Shown here: positions 1 to 13,253 of the stretch, in pieces
How positions within the stretch are numbered: the stretch's first letter is position 1
Layout of the letters: every line of letters begins with the position of its first letter
Assembly: GCF_964194025.1 (NCBI RefSeq)
Contig: NC_134468.1
Coordinates: 77,686,001-77,750,000 of the forward strand
From: Convolutriloba macropyga
Lineage: Eukaryota
Length of the DNA: 64,000 nucleotides
Reading direction: 5' to 3'
Notes under the pieces: generated by a model
What the model saw: only the letters and a program-made list of their open reading frames with translations
What the model was told of the DNA's origin: nothing
The model's database searches: none
Program-made: the position numbers and the translations under genes

Positions 1-146
1 GTTGTGTCGATTTCTAACCTAATTGAAGTTATGACTTAAACTAGAAAAATAGACGGCCAATGTACCTTTAATCCTATCAACGATTTTTCAAATAAAACAG
101 AAGAAGGAAATTGTTCCCCTGTTCTACCCTTTTGATCTAAAATCAT

Positions 147-151
147 AAAAA
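147..151 (-). terminator. RNA polymerase III oligo-T terminator (T5) after the type A tRNA, present in every ~535-bp unit
   Basis: The minus strand reads ...TGGTCGCA ATTTTT directly after the discriminator base. Confidence 0.6.
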
Positions 152-152
152 T

Positions 153-225
153 TGCGACCAGTGAGTCTCGAACTCACGTCCTTAAGATTACGAGACTTAC
201 GCGCTGCCGACTTCGCCATGGTCGC
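153..225 (-). tRNA. tRNA-Met-derived gene with anticodon CGT (Thr-reading), type A
   Basis: Minus strand reads GCGACCA TG GCGA AGTCGGCA GCGC G TAAGT CT CGT AA TCTTA AGGAC GTGAG TTCGAGA CTCAC TGGTCGC A. The acceptor and T stems pair fully, U33 and the B box are intact, and a T5 run follows. Confidence 0.6.
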
Positions 226-686
226 GGAGTTCAATACGTTACTGCCTCTCTTTTTTTAAAAAAAGTGGTAGCGTATTTTTCTGATGTAATGCAAGTCTTA
301 AGTTAAGTCTGAAATCGAAACAGCTCAGCCATTTCAAACTTTTTACCTTCAAATTTTAATGTTTTTGCTATGATAGACTTGAGGTATCTATTTTAGAGTG
401 AAAATTCTGAGACCAAAATACGAGCCGATTGTCAACATTTTAAAATCAACACTTCGGACAAATGATAGCCAAAACCCTATAATTTGAGCACTGAAAACTT
501 GAAATTATTGAGTTGTGTCAATTTCTTTGGCTGAGTTGTGCCGATTTCGAAACTAATTGAAGTTATGACTAAAACTAGAAAAATAGACGGCCAATCTAAG
601 TTTAATCCTATCAACGTTTTTTCAAGTAAAACAGGAGCAGGAAATTGTTCCCCTGTTTTACCCTTTTGATCTTAAATCATAAAAAT

Positions 687-759
687 TGCGACCAGTGAGT
701 CTCGAACTCACGTCCTTAAGATTACGAGACTTACGCGCTGCCGACTTTGCCATCGTCGC
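687..759 (-). pseudogene. tRNA-Met-derived copy with CGT anticodon, type B (also 2294-2366 and 5501-5573)
   Basis: The 5' end GCGACGA TG GCAA gives G6.G67 and A12.C23 mismatches. The anticodon loop is CT CGT AA. Confidence 0.65.
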
Positions 760-1223
760 GGAGTTGAATTAGATACTGCCTCTTTTTTTAAAAAAAAAAA
801 TGTGGTAGTGTATTTTTCTGATATAATTCAAAACTTTAGTTAAGTCTGAAATCGAAATAGCTCAGCAACTTCATACTTATTACGTTCAAATTATAGGGTT
901 TTTGCTATCATAGTCTTGAGGTATCTTTTTTAGAGTGAACATTCTGAGACCAAAATACGAGCCGATTGTCAACGTTTTAAAATCAACTTTTCGGACAGGT
1001 GATAGCCAAAACCCTATAGTTTGAGCACTGAAAACTTCAAATTATTGAGTTAAGTCGATTTCTTTTGCTGAGTTGTGTTGATTTCTAACCTAATTGAAGT
1101 TATGACTAAAACTTGAAAAATTGACGGCCAATCTAAGTTTAATCCTATCAACGATTTTTCAAATAAAACAGAAGCAGGAAATTGTTCCCCTGTTCTACCC
1201 TTTTGATCTAAAATCATAAAAAT

Positions 1224-1296
1224 TGCGACCAGTGAGTCTCGAACTCACGACCTTAAGAATATGAGACTTACGCGCTGCAGACTTCGCCATGGTCGC
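1224..1296 (-). pseudogene. tRNA-Met(CAT) copy, type C (also at 2832, 3368, 4434 and 6037)
   Basis: The cloverleaf and CAT anticodon are retained, but the D-loop GG is changed (AGTCTGCA) and A38 is T. Confidence 0.6.
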
Positions 1297-1759
1297 GGAG
1301 TTGAATAAGTTCTTGCCTCCTTTTTTTAAAGAAAAAAGTGGTTGCGTATTTTTCTGATGTAATTCAAATCTTCAGTTAAGTCTGAAATCGAAACAGCTCA
1401 GCAATTTCAAACTTTTTATGTTCAAATTTTAGGGTTTTTGCTATTATTGACTTGAGGTATCTATTATAGAGTGAACATTCTGAGACCAAAATACGAGCCG
1501 ATTTTCAACAATTTGAAATTAACATTTCGGACAGGTGATAGCCAAAACCCTATAGTTTAAGCATTGAAAACTTCAAATTCCTGAGTTAAGTCGATTTCTT
1601 TTGCTGAGTTGTGTCGGTTTCTAACCTAATTGAAGTTATGACTAAAACTAGAAAAATAGACGGCCAATGTACCTTTAATCCTATCAACGATTTTTCAAAT
1701 AAAACAGAAGAAGGAAATTGTTCCCCTGTTCTACCCTTTTGATCTAAAATCATAAAAAT

Positions 1760-1832
1760 TGCGACCAGTGAGTCTCGAACTCACGTCCTTAAGATTACGA
1801 GACTTACGCGCTGCCGACTTCGCCATGGTCGC
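1760..1832 (-). tRNA. tRNA-Met-derived gene with anticodon CGT, type A
   Basis: Same sequence as 153-225. Confidence 0.6.
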
Positions 1833-3900
1833 GGAGTTCAATACGTTACTGCCTCTCTTTTTTTAAAAAAAGTGGTAGCGTATTTTTCTGATGTAATGCA
1901 AGTCTTAAGTTAAGTCTGAAATCGAAACAGCTCAGCCATTTCAAACTTTTTACCTTCAAATTTTAATGTTTTTGCTATGATAGACTTGAGGTATCTATTT
2001 TAGAGTGAAAATTCTGAGACCAAAATACGAGCCGATTGTCAACATTTTAAAATCAACACTTCGAACAAATGATAGCCAAAACCCTATAATTTGAGCACTG
2101 AAAACTTGAAATTATTGAGTTGTGTCAATTTCTTTGGCTGAGTTGTGCCGATTTCGAAACTAATTGAAGTTATGACTAAAACTAGAAAAATAGACGGCCA
2201 ATCTAAGTTTAATCCTATCAACGTTTTTTCAAGTAAAACAGGAGCAGGAAATTGTTCCCCTGTTTTACCCTTTTGATCTTAAATCATAAAAATTGCGACC
2301 AGTGAGTCTCGAACTCACGTCCTTAAGATTACGAGACTTACGCGCTGCCGACTTTGCCATCGTCGCGGAGTTGAATTAGATACTGCCTCTTTTTTTTTAA
2401 AAAAAAAATGTGGTAGTGTATTTTTCTGATATAATTCAAAACTTTAGTTAAGTCTGAAATCGAAACAGCTCAGCAACTTCATACTTATTACGTTCAAATT
2501 ATAGGGTTTTTGCTATCATAGTCTTGAGGTATCTTTTTTAGAGTGAACATTCTGAGACCAAAATACGAGCCGATTGTCAACGTTTTAAAATCAACTTTTC
2601 GGACAGGTGATAGCCAAAACCCTATAGTTTGAGCACTGAAAACTTCAAATTATTGAGTTAAGTCGATTTCTTTTGCTGAGTTGTGTTGATTTCTAACCTA
2701 ATTGAAGTTATGACTAAAACTAGAAAAATTGACGGCCAATCTAAGTTTAATCCTATCAACGATTTTTCAAATAAAACAGAAGCAGGAAATTGTTCCCCTG
2801 TTCTACCCTTTTGATCTAAAATCATAAAAATTGCGACCAGTGAGTCTCGAACTCACGACCTTAAGAATATGAGACTTACGCGCTGCAGACTTCGCCATGG
2901 TCGCGGAGTTGAATAAGTTCTTGCCTCCTTTTTTTAAAGAACAAAGTGGTTGCGTATTTTTCTGATGTAATTCAAATCTTCAGTTAAGTCTGAAATCGAA
3001 ACAGCTCAGCAATTTCAAACTTTTTATGTTCAAATTTTAGGGTTTTTGCTATTATTGACTTGAGGTATCTATTATAGAGTGAACATTCTGAGACCAAAAT
3101 ACGAGCCGATTTTCAACAATTTGAAATTAACATTTCGGACAGGTGATAGCCAAAACCCTATAGTTTAAGCATTGAAAACTTCAAATTCCTGAGTTAAGTC
3201 GATTTCTTTTGCTGAGTTGTGTCGGTTTCTAACCTAATTGAAGTTATGACTAAAACTGGAAAAATAGACGGCCAATCTAAGTTTAATCCTATCAACGATT
3301 TTTCAAATAAAACAGAAGCAGGACATTGTTCCCCTGTTCTACCCTTTTGATCTAAAATCATAAAAATTGCGACCAGTGAGTCTCGAACTCACGACCTTAA
3401 GAATATGAGACTTACGCGCTGCAGACTTCGCCATGGTCGCGGAGTTGAATAAGTTCTTGCCTCCTTTTTTTAAAGAAAAAAGTGGTTGCGTATTTTTCTG
3501 ATGTAATTCAAATCTTCAGTTAAGTCTGAAATCGAAACAGCTCAGCAATTTCAAACTTTTTATGTTCAAATTTTAGGGTTTTTGCTATTATTGACTTGAG
3601 GTATCTATTATAGAGTGAACATTCTGAGACCAAAATACGAGCCGATTTTCAACAATTTGAAATCAACATTTCGGACAGGTGATAGCCAAAACCCTATAGT
3701 TTAAGCATTGAAAACTTCAAATTCCTGAGTTAAGTCGATTTCTTTTGCTGAGTTGTGTCGGTTTCTAACCTAATTGAAGTTATGACTAAAACTAGAAAAA
3801 TAGACGGCCAATGTACCTTTAATCCTATCAACGATTTTTCAAATAAAACAGAAGGAAATTGTTCCCCTGTTCTACCCTTTTGATCTAAAATCATAAAAAT

Positions 3901-3973
3901 TGCGACCAGTGAGTCTCGAACTCACGTCCTTAAGATTACGAGACTTACGCGCTGCCGACTTCGCCATGGTCGC
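3901..3973 (-). tRNA. tRNA-Met-derived gene with anticodon CGT, type A
   Basis: Same sequence as 153-225. Confidence 0.6.
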
Positions 3974-4966
3974 GGAGTTCAATACGTTACTGCCTCTCTT
4001 TTTTAAAAAAAGTGGTAGCGTATTTTTCTGATGTAATGCAAGTCTTAAGTTAAGTCTGAAATCGAAACAGCTCAGCCATTTCAAACTTTTTACCTTCAAA
4101 TTTTAATGTTTTTGCTATGATAGACTTGAGGTATCTATTTTAGAGTGAAAATTCTGAGACCAAAATACGAGCCGATTGTCAACATTTTAAAATCAACACT
4201 TCGGACAAATGATAGCCAAAACCCTATAATTTGAGCACTGAAAACTTGAAATTATTGAGTTGTGTCAATTTCTTTGGCTGAGTTGTGCCGATTTCGAAAC
4301 TAATTGAAGTTATGACTAAAACTAGAAAAATAGACGGCCAATCTAAGTTTAATCCTATCAACGTTTTTTCAAGTAAAACAGGAGCAGGAAATTGTTCCCC
4401 TGTTTTACCCTTTTGATCTTAAATCATAAAAATTGCGACCAGTGAGTCTCGAACTCACGACCTTAAGAATATGAGACTTACGCGCTGCAGACTTCGCCAT
4501 GGTCGCGGAGTTGAATAAGTTCTTGCCTCCTTTTTTTAAAGAAAAAAGTGGTTGCGTATTTTTCTGATGTAATTCAAATCTTCAGTTAAGTCTGAAATCG
4601 AAACAGCTCAGCAATTTCAAACTTTTTATGTTCAAATTTTAGGGTTTTTGCTATTATTGACTTGAGGTATCTATTATAGAGTGAACATTCTGAGACCAAA
4701 ATACGAGCCGATTTTCAACAATTTGAAATTAACATTTCGGACAGGTGATAGCCAAAACCCTATAGTTTAAGCATTGAAAACTTCAAATTCCTGAGTTAAG
4801 TCGATTTCTTTTGCTGAGTTGTGTCGGTTTCTAACCTAATTGAAGTTATGACTAAAACTAGAAAAATAGACGGCCAATGTACCTTTAATCCTATCAACGA
4901 TTTTTCAAATAAAACAGAAGGAAATTGTTCCCCTGTTCTACCCTTTTGATCTAAAATCATAAAAAT

Positions 4967-5039
4967 TGCGACCAGTGAGTCTCGAACTCACGTCCTTAAG
5001 ATTACGAGACTTACGCGCTGCCGACTTCGCCATGGTCGC
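4967..5039 (-). tRNA. tRNA-Met-derived gene with anticodon CGT, type A
   Basis: Same sequence as 153-225. Confidence 0.6.
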
Positions 5040-6571
5040 GGAGTTCAATACGTTACTGCCTCTCTTTTTTTAAAAAAAGTGGTAGCGTATTTTTCTGATG
5101 TAATGCAAGTCTTAAGTTAAGTCTGAAATCGAAACAGCTCAGCCATTTCAAACTTTTTACCTTCAAATTTTAATGTTTTTGCTATGATAGACTTGAGGTA
5201 TCTATTTTAGAGTGAAAATTCTGAGACCAAAATACGAGCCGATTGTCAACATTTTAAAATCAACACTTCGGACAAATGATAGCCAAAACCCTATAATTTG
5301 AGCACTGAAAACTTGAAATTATTGAGTTGTGTCAATTTCTTTGGCTGAGTTGTGCCGATTTCGAAACTAATTGAAGTTATGACTAAAACTAGAGAAATAG
5401 ACGGCCAATCTAAGTTTAATCCTATCAACGTTTTTTCAAGTAAAACAGGAGCAGGAAATTGTTCCCCTGTTTTACCCTTTTGATCTTAAATCATAAAAAT
5501 TGCGACCAGTGAGTCTCGAACTCACGTCCTTAAGATTACGAGACTTACGCGCTGCCGACTTTGCCATCGTCGCGGAGTTGAATTAGATACTGCCTCTTTT
5601 TTTTAAAAAAAAATGTGGTAGTGTATTTTTCTGATATAATTCAAAACTTTAGTTAAGTCTGAAATCGAAACAGCTCAGCAACTTCATACTTATTACGTTC
5701 AAATTATAGGGTTTTTGCTATCATAGTCTTGAGGTATCTTTTTTAGAGTGAACATTCTGAGACCAAAATACGAGCCGATTGTCAACGTTTTAAAATCAAC
5801 TTTTCGGACAGGTGATAGCCAAAACCCTATAGTTTGAGCACTGAAAACTTCAAATTATTGAGTTAAGTCGATTTCTTTTGCTGAGTTGTGTTGATTTCTA
5901 ACCTAATTGAAGTTATGACTAAAACTAGAAAAATTGACGGCCAATCTAAGTTTAATCCTATCAACGATTTTTCAAATAAAACAGAAGCAGGAAATTGTTC
6001 CCCTGTTCTACCCTTTTGATCTAAAATCATAAAAATTGCGACCAGTGAGTCTCGAACTCACGACCTTAAGAATATGAGACTTACGCGCTGCAGACTTCGC
6101 CATGGTCGCGGAGTTGAATAAGTTCTTGCCTCCTTTTTTTAAAGAAAAAGTGGTTGCGTATTTTTCTGATGTAATTCAAATCTTCAGTTAAGTCTGAAAT
6201 CGAAACAGCTCAGCAATTTCAAACTTTTTATGTTCAAATTTTAGGGTTTTTGCTATTATTGACTTGAGGTATCTATTATAGAGTGAACATTCTGAGACCA
6301 AAATACGAGCCGATTTTCAACAATTTGAAATTAACATTTCGGACAGGTGATAGCCAAAACCCTATAGTTTAAGCATTGAAAACTTCAAATTCCTGAGTTA
6401 AGTCGATTTCTTTTGCTGAGTTGTGTCGGTTTCTAACCTAATTGAAGTTATGACTAAAACTGGAAAAATAGACGGCCAATCTAAGTTTAATCCTATCAAC
6501 GATTTTTCAAATAAAACAGAAGCAGGACATTGTTCCCATGTTCTACCTTTTTGATCTAAAATCATAAAAAT

Positions 6572-9500
6572 TGCAACCAGTGAGTCTCGAACTCACGACC
6601 TTAAGAATATGAGACTTACGCGCTGCCAACTTCGCCATGGTCGCGGAGATGCATAAATTACTGCCTCTTTTTTTAAAAAAAAATTGGTATTGTATTTTTC
6701 TGATGTAATTCGTAACTTCAGTTAAGTCTGTAATCAAAACAACTCAGCAATTTCAAACTTTTTACATTCAAGTTTTAGGGATTTTGCTACCATAGACTTG
6801 AGGTATCTATTTTAGAGTGAACATTCTGAGATTAAAATACGAGCCGATTGTCATCAATTTGAAATTAACATTTCGGAAAGGTGATAGCCAAAACCCTATA
6901 GTTTGAGCACTGAAAACTTCAAATTCCTGAGTTAGGTCGATTTCTTTTGCTGAGTTGTGTCGATTTCTAACCTAACTGAAGTTTTTCTATCAACGATTTT
7001 TCAAATAAACGAAAAGCAGGAAATTGTTCCCCTGCTGGATCCTTTTGCAGTCGACAGCACGTAAGTTTCATAATCTTATTGTTGCAAGTTCGCGCTTCAC
7101 TAGTCCAAAACTTTTTCATTTTAATTCTAACATTCACTAGTCAGGAGAGTAACTAGCTAAGATTTGATAAATGTGTTTTTGTTCCTGCGATGATCTTTCA
7201 CCATAAAGCAAAGAAGATTTTAATTGTTCTATACTCAGCCCAGTTGTAATATTAGAGTTAGTTTTTTTGGTTATCTAAGCCGGCGGCAACTCGTAGCAGT
7301 TCCGATGCAAAAATTGATTCAGAAAATTGATAAGAAATTTCGGTCAATCAGACTAAATAGTTCTCCAAGTTGTTTTTATGTCTCCCTAATATGTCAATGT
7401 TAAAATTTTTACGTTATGATTCTTATTATTTTCGTTTTCAGACAATATTTTGCAAAAATTGCGCCCCTGAAGCTACAAGATAATAAATTGATATATGAGT
7501 ATTAGAATTAGAATCATAAAGTTTGCGACGAATGAGGCTCGAAATCACGACCCTAAGATTATGAGACTTACCCACTGCCGACTGGGTCATGGTCGCGCAG
7601 GTGAAGACATTATAATCTCTTTTTTGAAAAAAAATGCTAGTGAAGTCATCAGAAACCGAAACAACTCAATAGTTTCAAGTGTTTACGTTCAAATTTTAGG
7701 TTTTTGCTATCATGGATTTGAGGAATTTATTTTAGAGTGTGAAGATTCTGAGACGAAAATACAAGCCGATTGTAAACATTTAAAAATCAGAATTTCGGAC
7801 ACATGATAGCAAAAACACTATTGTTGGAACACTGAAAACTTGAAATTTCTGAGTTGTGTCGATTTCTTTTGCTGAGTTGTGTCGATTTCTAACCTAATTG
7901 ATGTTATGACTAAAACTGGAAAAATAGACGGCCAATCTAAGTTTAATCCTATCAACGATTTTTCAAATAAAACAGAAGCAGGAAATTGTTCCCCTGTTTT
8001 TCCCTTTTGATCTAAAATCATAAAAATTGCGACCAGTGAGTCTCGAACTCACGACCTCAAGAATATGAGACTTACGCGGCGCTGCCAACTTCGCCATGGT
8101 CGCGGAGATGAATAAGTTACTGCCTTTTAAAAAAAAATGGTATTGTATTTTTCTGATGTAATTCATAACTTCAGTTAAGTCTGTAATCGAAACAACTCAG
8201 CATTTTCAAACTTTTTACGTTCAAGTTTTAGGGTTTTCGCTATCATAGACTTGAGGTATCTATTTTAGAGTTAACATTCTGAGACCAAAATACGAGCCGA
8301 TTGTCAACAAATTAAAATCAACATTTCGGACAGGTGATAGCCAAAACCTTATAGTTTGAGCACTGAAAACTTCAATTTCCTGAGTTAAGTCGATTTCTTT
8401 TGCTGAGTTGTGTCGATTTCTAACCTCACTGAAGTTTTTCTATCAACGATTTTTCAAATAAACGAAAAGCAGGAAATTGTTCCCCTGCTGGATCCTTTTG
8501 CAGTCGACAGCACGTAAGTTTCAAAATCTTATTGCTGTAAGTTTGCGCTTCACTAGTCGGAAACTTTTTCATTTCAATTCTAACATTCACTAGTTAGGAG
8601 AGTAACTAGCTAAAGTTTGATAAATGTGTTTTTGTTCCTGCGATGATCTTTAACCATATAGCAAAGAAGATTTTAATTGTTCTATACTCAGCCCAGTTGT
8701 AATATTAGAGTTAGTTTTTTTGGTTATCTAAGCCGGCGGCAACTCGTAGCAGTTCCGATGCAAAAATTGATTCAGAAAATTGATAAGAAATTTCGGTCAA
8801 TCAGACTAAATGGTTCTCCAAGTTGTTTTTATGTCTCCCTAATATGTCAATGTTAAAATTTTTACGTTATGATTCTTATTATTTTCGTTTTCAGACAATA
8901 TTTTGCAAAAATTGCGCCCCTGAAGCTACAAGATAATAAATTGATATATGAGTATTTGATTTAGAATCATAAAGTTGGCGACCAATGAGGTTCGAAATCA
9001 CGACCCTAAGATTATGAGGTTTACCCTCTGCCGACTGGGTCATGGTGGCGCAGGTGAAGAAATTACTATCTTTTTTTTTTGAAAAAAATGCAAGTGAAGT
9101 CATCAGAAACCGAAACAACTCAATAGTTTCAAGTTTTTACGTTTAAATTTTAGGTTTTTGCTATCATAGATTTGAGGTGTTTGTTTTAGAGTGAACATTC
9201 TGGGACCAAACTAAGAGCCGATTGTCAACATTTTAAAATCAACGCTTTGGACACATGATAGCCAAACCCCTGTAATTTGAGCACTGAAAACTTCAAATTC
9301 CTGAGTTAAGTCGATTTCTTTTGCTGAGTTGTGTCGATTTCTAACCTAATTGATGTTATGACTAAAACTGGAAAAATAGACGGCCAATCTAAGTTTAATC
9401 CTATCAACGATTTTTCAAATAAAACAGAAGCAGGAAATTGTTCCCCTGTTTTTCCCTTTTGATCTAAAATCATAAAAATTGCGACCAGTGAGTCTCGAAA

Positions 9501-12300
9501 TCACGACCTCAAGAATATGAGACTTATGCGGCGCTGCCAACTTCGCCATGGTCGCGGAGATGAATAAGTTACTGCCTTTTTTTTAAAAAAAAATGGTATT
9601 GTATTTTTCTGATGTAATTCATAACTTCAGTTAAGTCTGTAATCGAAACAACTCAGCATTTTCAAACTTTTTACGTTCAAGTTTTAGGGTTTTTGCTATC
9701 ATAGACTTGAGGTATCTATTTTAGAGTTAACATTCCGAGACCAAAATACGAGCCGATTGTCAACCAATTAAAATCAACATTTCGGACAGGTGATAGCCAA
9801 AACCCTATAGTTTGAGCACTGAAAACTTAATTTCCTGAGTTAAGTCGATTTCTTTTGCTGAGTTGTGTCGATTTCTAACCTTACTGAAGTTTTTCTATCA
9901 ACGATTTTTCAAATAAACGAAAAGCAGGAAATTGTTCTCCTGCTGGATCCTTTTGCAGTCGACAGCACGTAAGTTTCAAAATCTTATTGCTGTAAGTTTG
10001 CGCTTCACTAGTCGGAAACTTTTTCATTTCAATTCTAACATTCACTAGTCAGGAGAGTAACTGGCTAAAATTTGATAAATGTGTTTTTGTTCCTGCGATG
10101 ATCTTTAACCATATAGCAAAGAAGATTTTAATTGCTCTATACTCAGCCCGGTTGTAATATTAGAGTTAGTTTTTTTGTTTATCTAAGCCGGCGGCAACTC
10201 GTAGCAGTTCCGATGCAAAAATTGATTCAGAAAATTGATAAGAAATTTCGGTCAATCAGACTAAATAGTTCTCCAAGTTGTTTTTATGTCTCTCTAATAT
10301 GTCAATGTTAAAATTTTTACGTTATGATTCTTATTATTTTCGTTTTCAGACAATATTTTGCAAAAATTGCGCCCCTGAAGCTACAGGATAATAAATTGAT
10401 ATATGAGTATTTGATTTAGAATCATAAAGTTGGCGACCAATGAGGTTCGAAATCATGACCCTAAGATTATGAGGTTTACCCTTTGCCGACTGGGTCATGG
10501 TGGCGCAGGTGAAGAAATTACTATCTTTTTTTTGAAAAAAATGCTAGTGGAGTCATCAGAAACCGAAACAACTCAATAGTTTCAAGTTTTTACGTTTAAA
10601 TTTTAGGTTTTTGCTGTCATAGATTTGAGGTGTTTGTTTTAGAGTGAACATTCTGGGACCAAACTAAGAGCCGATTGTCAACATTTTAAAATCAACGCTT
10701 TGGACACATGATAGCCAAAGTCCTATAGTTTGAGCACTGAAAACTTGAAACTCCTGAGTTTTGTCAATTTCTTTTGCTGAGTTGTGTCGATTTCTAACCT
10801 AATTGATGTTATGACTAAAACTGGAAAAATAGACGGCCAATCTAAGTTTAATCCTATCAACGATTTTTCAAATAAAACAGAAGCAGGAAATTGTTCCCCT
10901 GTTTTTCCCTTTTGATCTAAAATCATAAAAATTGCGACCAGTGAGTCTCGAACTCACGCCCTCCAGAATATGAGACTTATGCGGCGCTGCCAACTTCGCC
11001 ATGGTCGCGGAGATGAATAAGTTACTGCCTTTTTTTTTAAAAAAAATGGTATTGTATTTTTCTGATGTAATTCATAACTTCAGTTAAGTCTGTAATCGAA
11101 ACAACTCAGCATTTTCAAACTTTTTACGTTCAAGTTTTAGGGTTTTCGCTATCATAGACTTGAGGTATCTATTTTAGAGTTAACATTCTGAGACCAAAAT
11201 ACGAGCCGATTGTCAACCAATTAAAATCAACATTTCGGACAGGTGATAGCCAAAACCCTATAGTTTGAGCACTGAAAACTTAATTTCCTGAGTTAAGTCG
11301 ATTTCTTTTGCTGAGTTGTGTCGATTTCTAACCTTACTGAAGTTTTTCTATCAACGATTTTTCAAATAAACGAAAAGCAGGAAATTGTTCCCCTGCTGGA
11401 TCCTTTTGCAGTCGACAGCACGTAAGTTTCAAAATCTTATTGCTGTAAGTTTGCGCTTCACTAGTCGGAAACTTTTTCATTTCAATTCTAACATTCACTA
11501 GTCAGGAGAATAATTAGCTAAAATTTGATAAATGTGTTTCTGCGATGATCTTTAACCATATAGCAAAGAAGATTTTGATTGTTCTATACTCAGCCCAATT
11601 GTAATATTAGAGTTAATTTTTTTGGTTATCTAAGCCGGCGGCAACTCGTAGCAGTTCCGATGCGAAAATTGATTCAGAAAATTGATAAGAAATTTCGGTC
11701 AATCAGACTAAATAGTTCTCCAAGTTGTTTTTATGTCTCCCTAATATGTCAATGTTAAAATTTTTACGTTATGATTCTTATTGTTTTCGTTTTCAGACAA
11801 TATTTTGCAAAAATTGCACCCCTGAAGCTACAAGATAATAAATTGATATATGAGTATTTGATTTAGAATCATAAAGTTTGCGACCAATGAGGTTCGAAAT
11901 CACGACCCTAAGATTATGAGGTTTACCCTCTGCCGACTGGGTCATGGTGGCGCAGGTGAAGAAATTACTATCTTTTTTTTGGAAAAAAATGCTAGTGAAG
12001 TCATCAGAAACCGAAACAACTCAATAGTTTCAAGTTTTTATGTTCAAATTTTAGGTTTTTGCTATCATGGATTTGAGGAATTTGTTTTAGAGTGTGAAGA
12101 TTCTGAGACCAAAATACAAGCCGATTGTAAACATTTAAAAATCAGAATTTTGGACACATGATAGCAAAACACCATAGTTGGAACACTGAAAAATTGAAAT
12201 TCCTGAGTTGTGTCGATTTCTTTTGCTGAGTTGTGGCGATTTCTAACCTAATTGAATTTGTGACTAAAACTAGAAAAATAGACTGCCAATCTAAGTTTAC
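6572..12300. repeat. ~1453-bp dimeric higher-order repeat (one long plus one short unit), about 3.5 copies, with degenerate tRNA-Met copies
   Basis: Short-type tRNAs with a 3-nt insertion (gcggcgctg) start at 8028, 9480 and 10933 (spacing 1452 and 1453). Long-type tRNAs lie near 7524, 8977, 10431 and 11879. The private spacer ttccgatgcaaaaattgattcagaaaattgataag occurs 4 times. Confidence 0.88.
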
Positions 12301-13253
12301 TCCTATCATCGATTTTTAAAATAAAACAGAGGCTGGAAATTGTTGCCCTTCTCCATCCTTTTGCAGTCGGCAGCACGTTAGTTTCATAATCTTATGATTG
12401 TGAGTTCGCGCTTCACTGATCGAAAACTTTTTCCTTCTAACATTCACTAGTCGAAAGAGTAACTAGCTAAGATTTTATAAATGTGTTTTTGTTCCTTGCG
12501 ATGATCGTTCACAATAAAGCAAGGAATAATTTAATTGTTCTATTCTCAGCCCTGTATTGTGACTTTTTGGTTGTCGAAGCCGGCGCCATCTCGGAGCAAT
12601 TCCTATGTGCTTGATTCAGAAAATTTTTACAAAAGTTCTGTCATTAAGTCTAAATATTTATGCAAGTTGTTTTTATGTCTCCCTAATATGTCCTTGTTAT
12701 CAAAAATTGAAATCTTTACCTTATGATTCCTAATTTTTTTTCGTTTCCAGATGCTATTTTACAATAATTGCGCCACTGAAACTACAAGATGATATATTGA
12801 TTTGTGAGTGTTAGAACTAAAATATTGAAGTTTTTGACCTGTGAGGCTCGAACTCACTACCTTAAGATTATGAGACTTACAAGCTGCCGACTGCGCCATG
12901 ATAGCGCAAATGAAGAAAGTACTACCTCTCCTTTAAAAAATTGTTAGTGTCTTTTTCCAGTGTAAATCATAACTCCAATTAAGTGAGAAATCGAAACAAC
13001 TCAGTAATTTCAAATTTTTACGTTCAATTTTTAGGATTTTTGCTATCATGGAATTGAGGTATTTCTTTTAGAGTGGATATTCTGAGACAAAATTACGAGC
13101 CGATTGTCAACATTTTACAATCAACACTTCGGACACATTATAGCCTAAAACCCTATCGTTTGAACACTGAAAACTTGAAATTCCTGAGTTGTGTCGATTT
13201 CTTTTGCTGAGTTGTGTCGATTTCTAACCCTGTTGAAGTTACGACTTAAACTA

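Larger units (their letters stand above)
1..6985. repeat. Sub-array of ~535-bp monomers with a ~1607-bp trimeric higher-order repeat (types A, B, C)
   Basis: tRNA copies start at 153, 687, 1224, 1760, 2294, 2832, 3368, 3901, 4434, 4967, 5501, 6037 and 6572. Diagnostic variants give the order A B C A B C C A (B/C) A B C D. A1 to A2 is 1607 bp. Confidence 0.92.
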
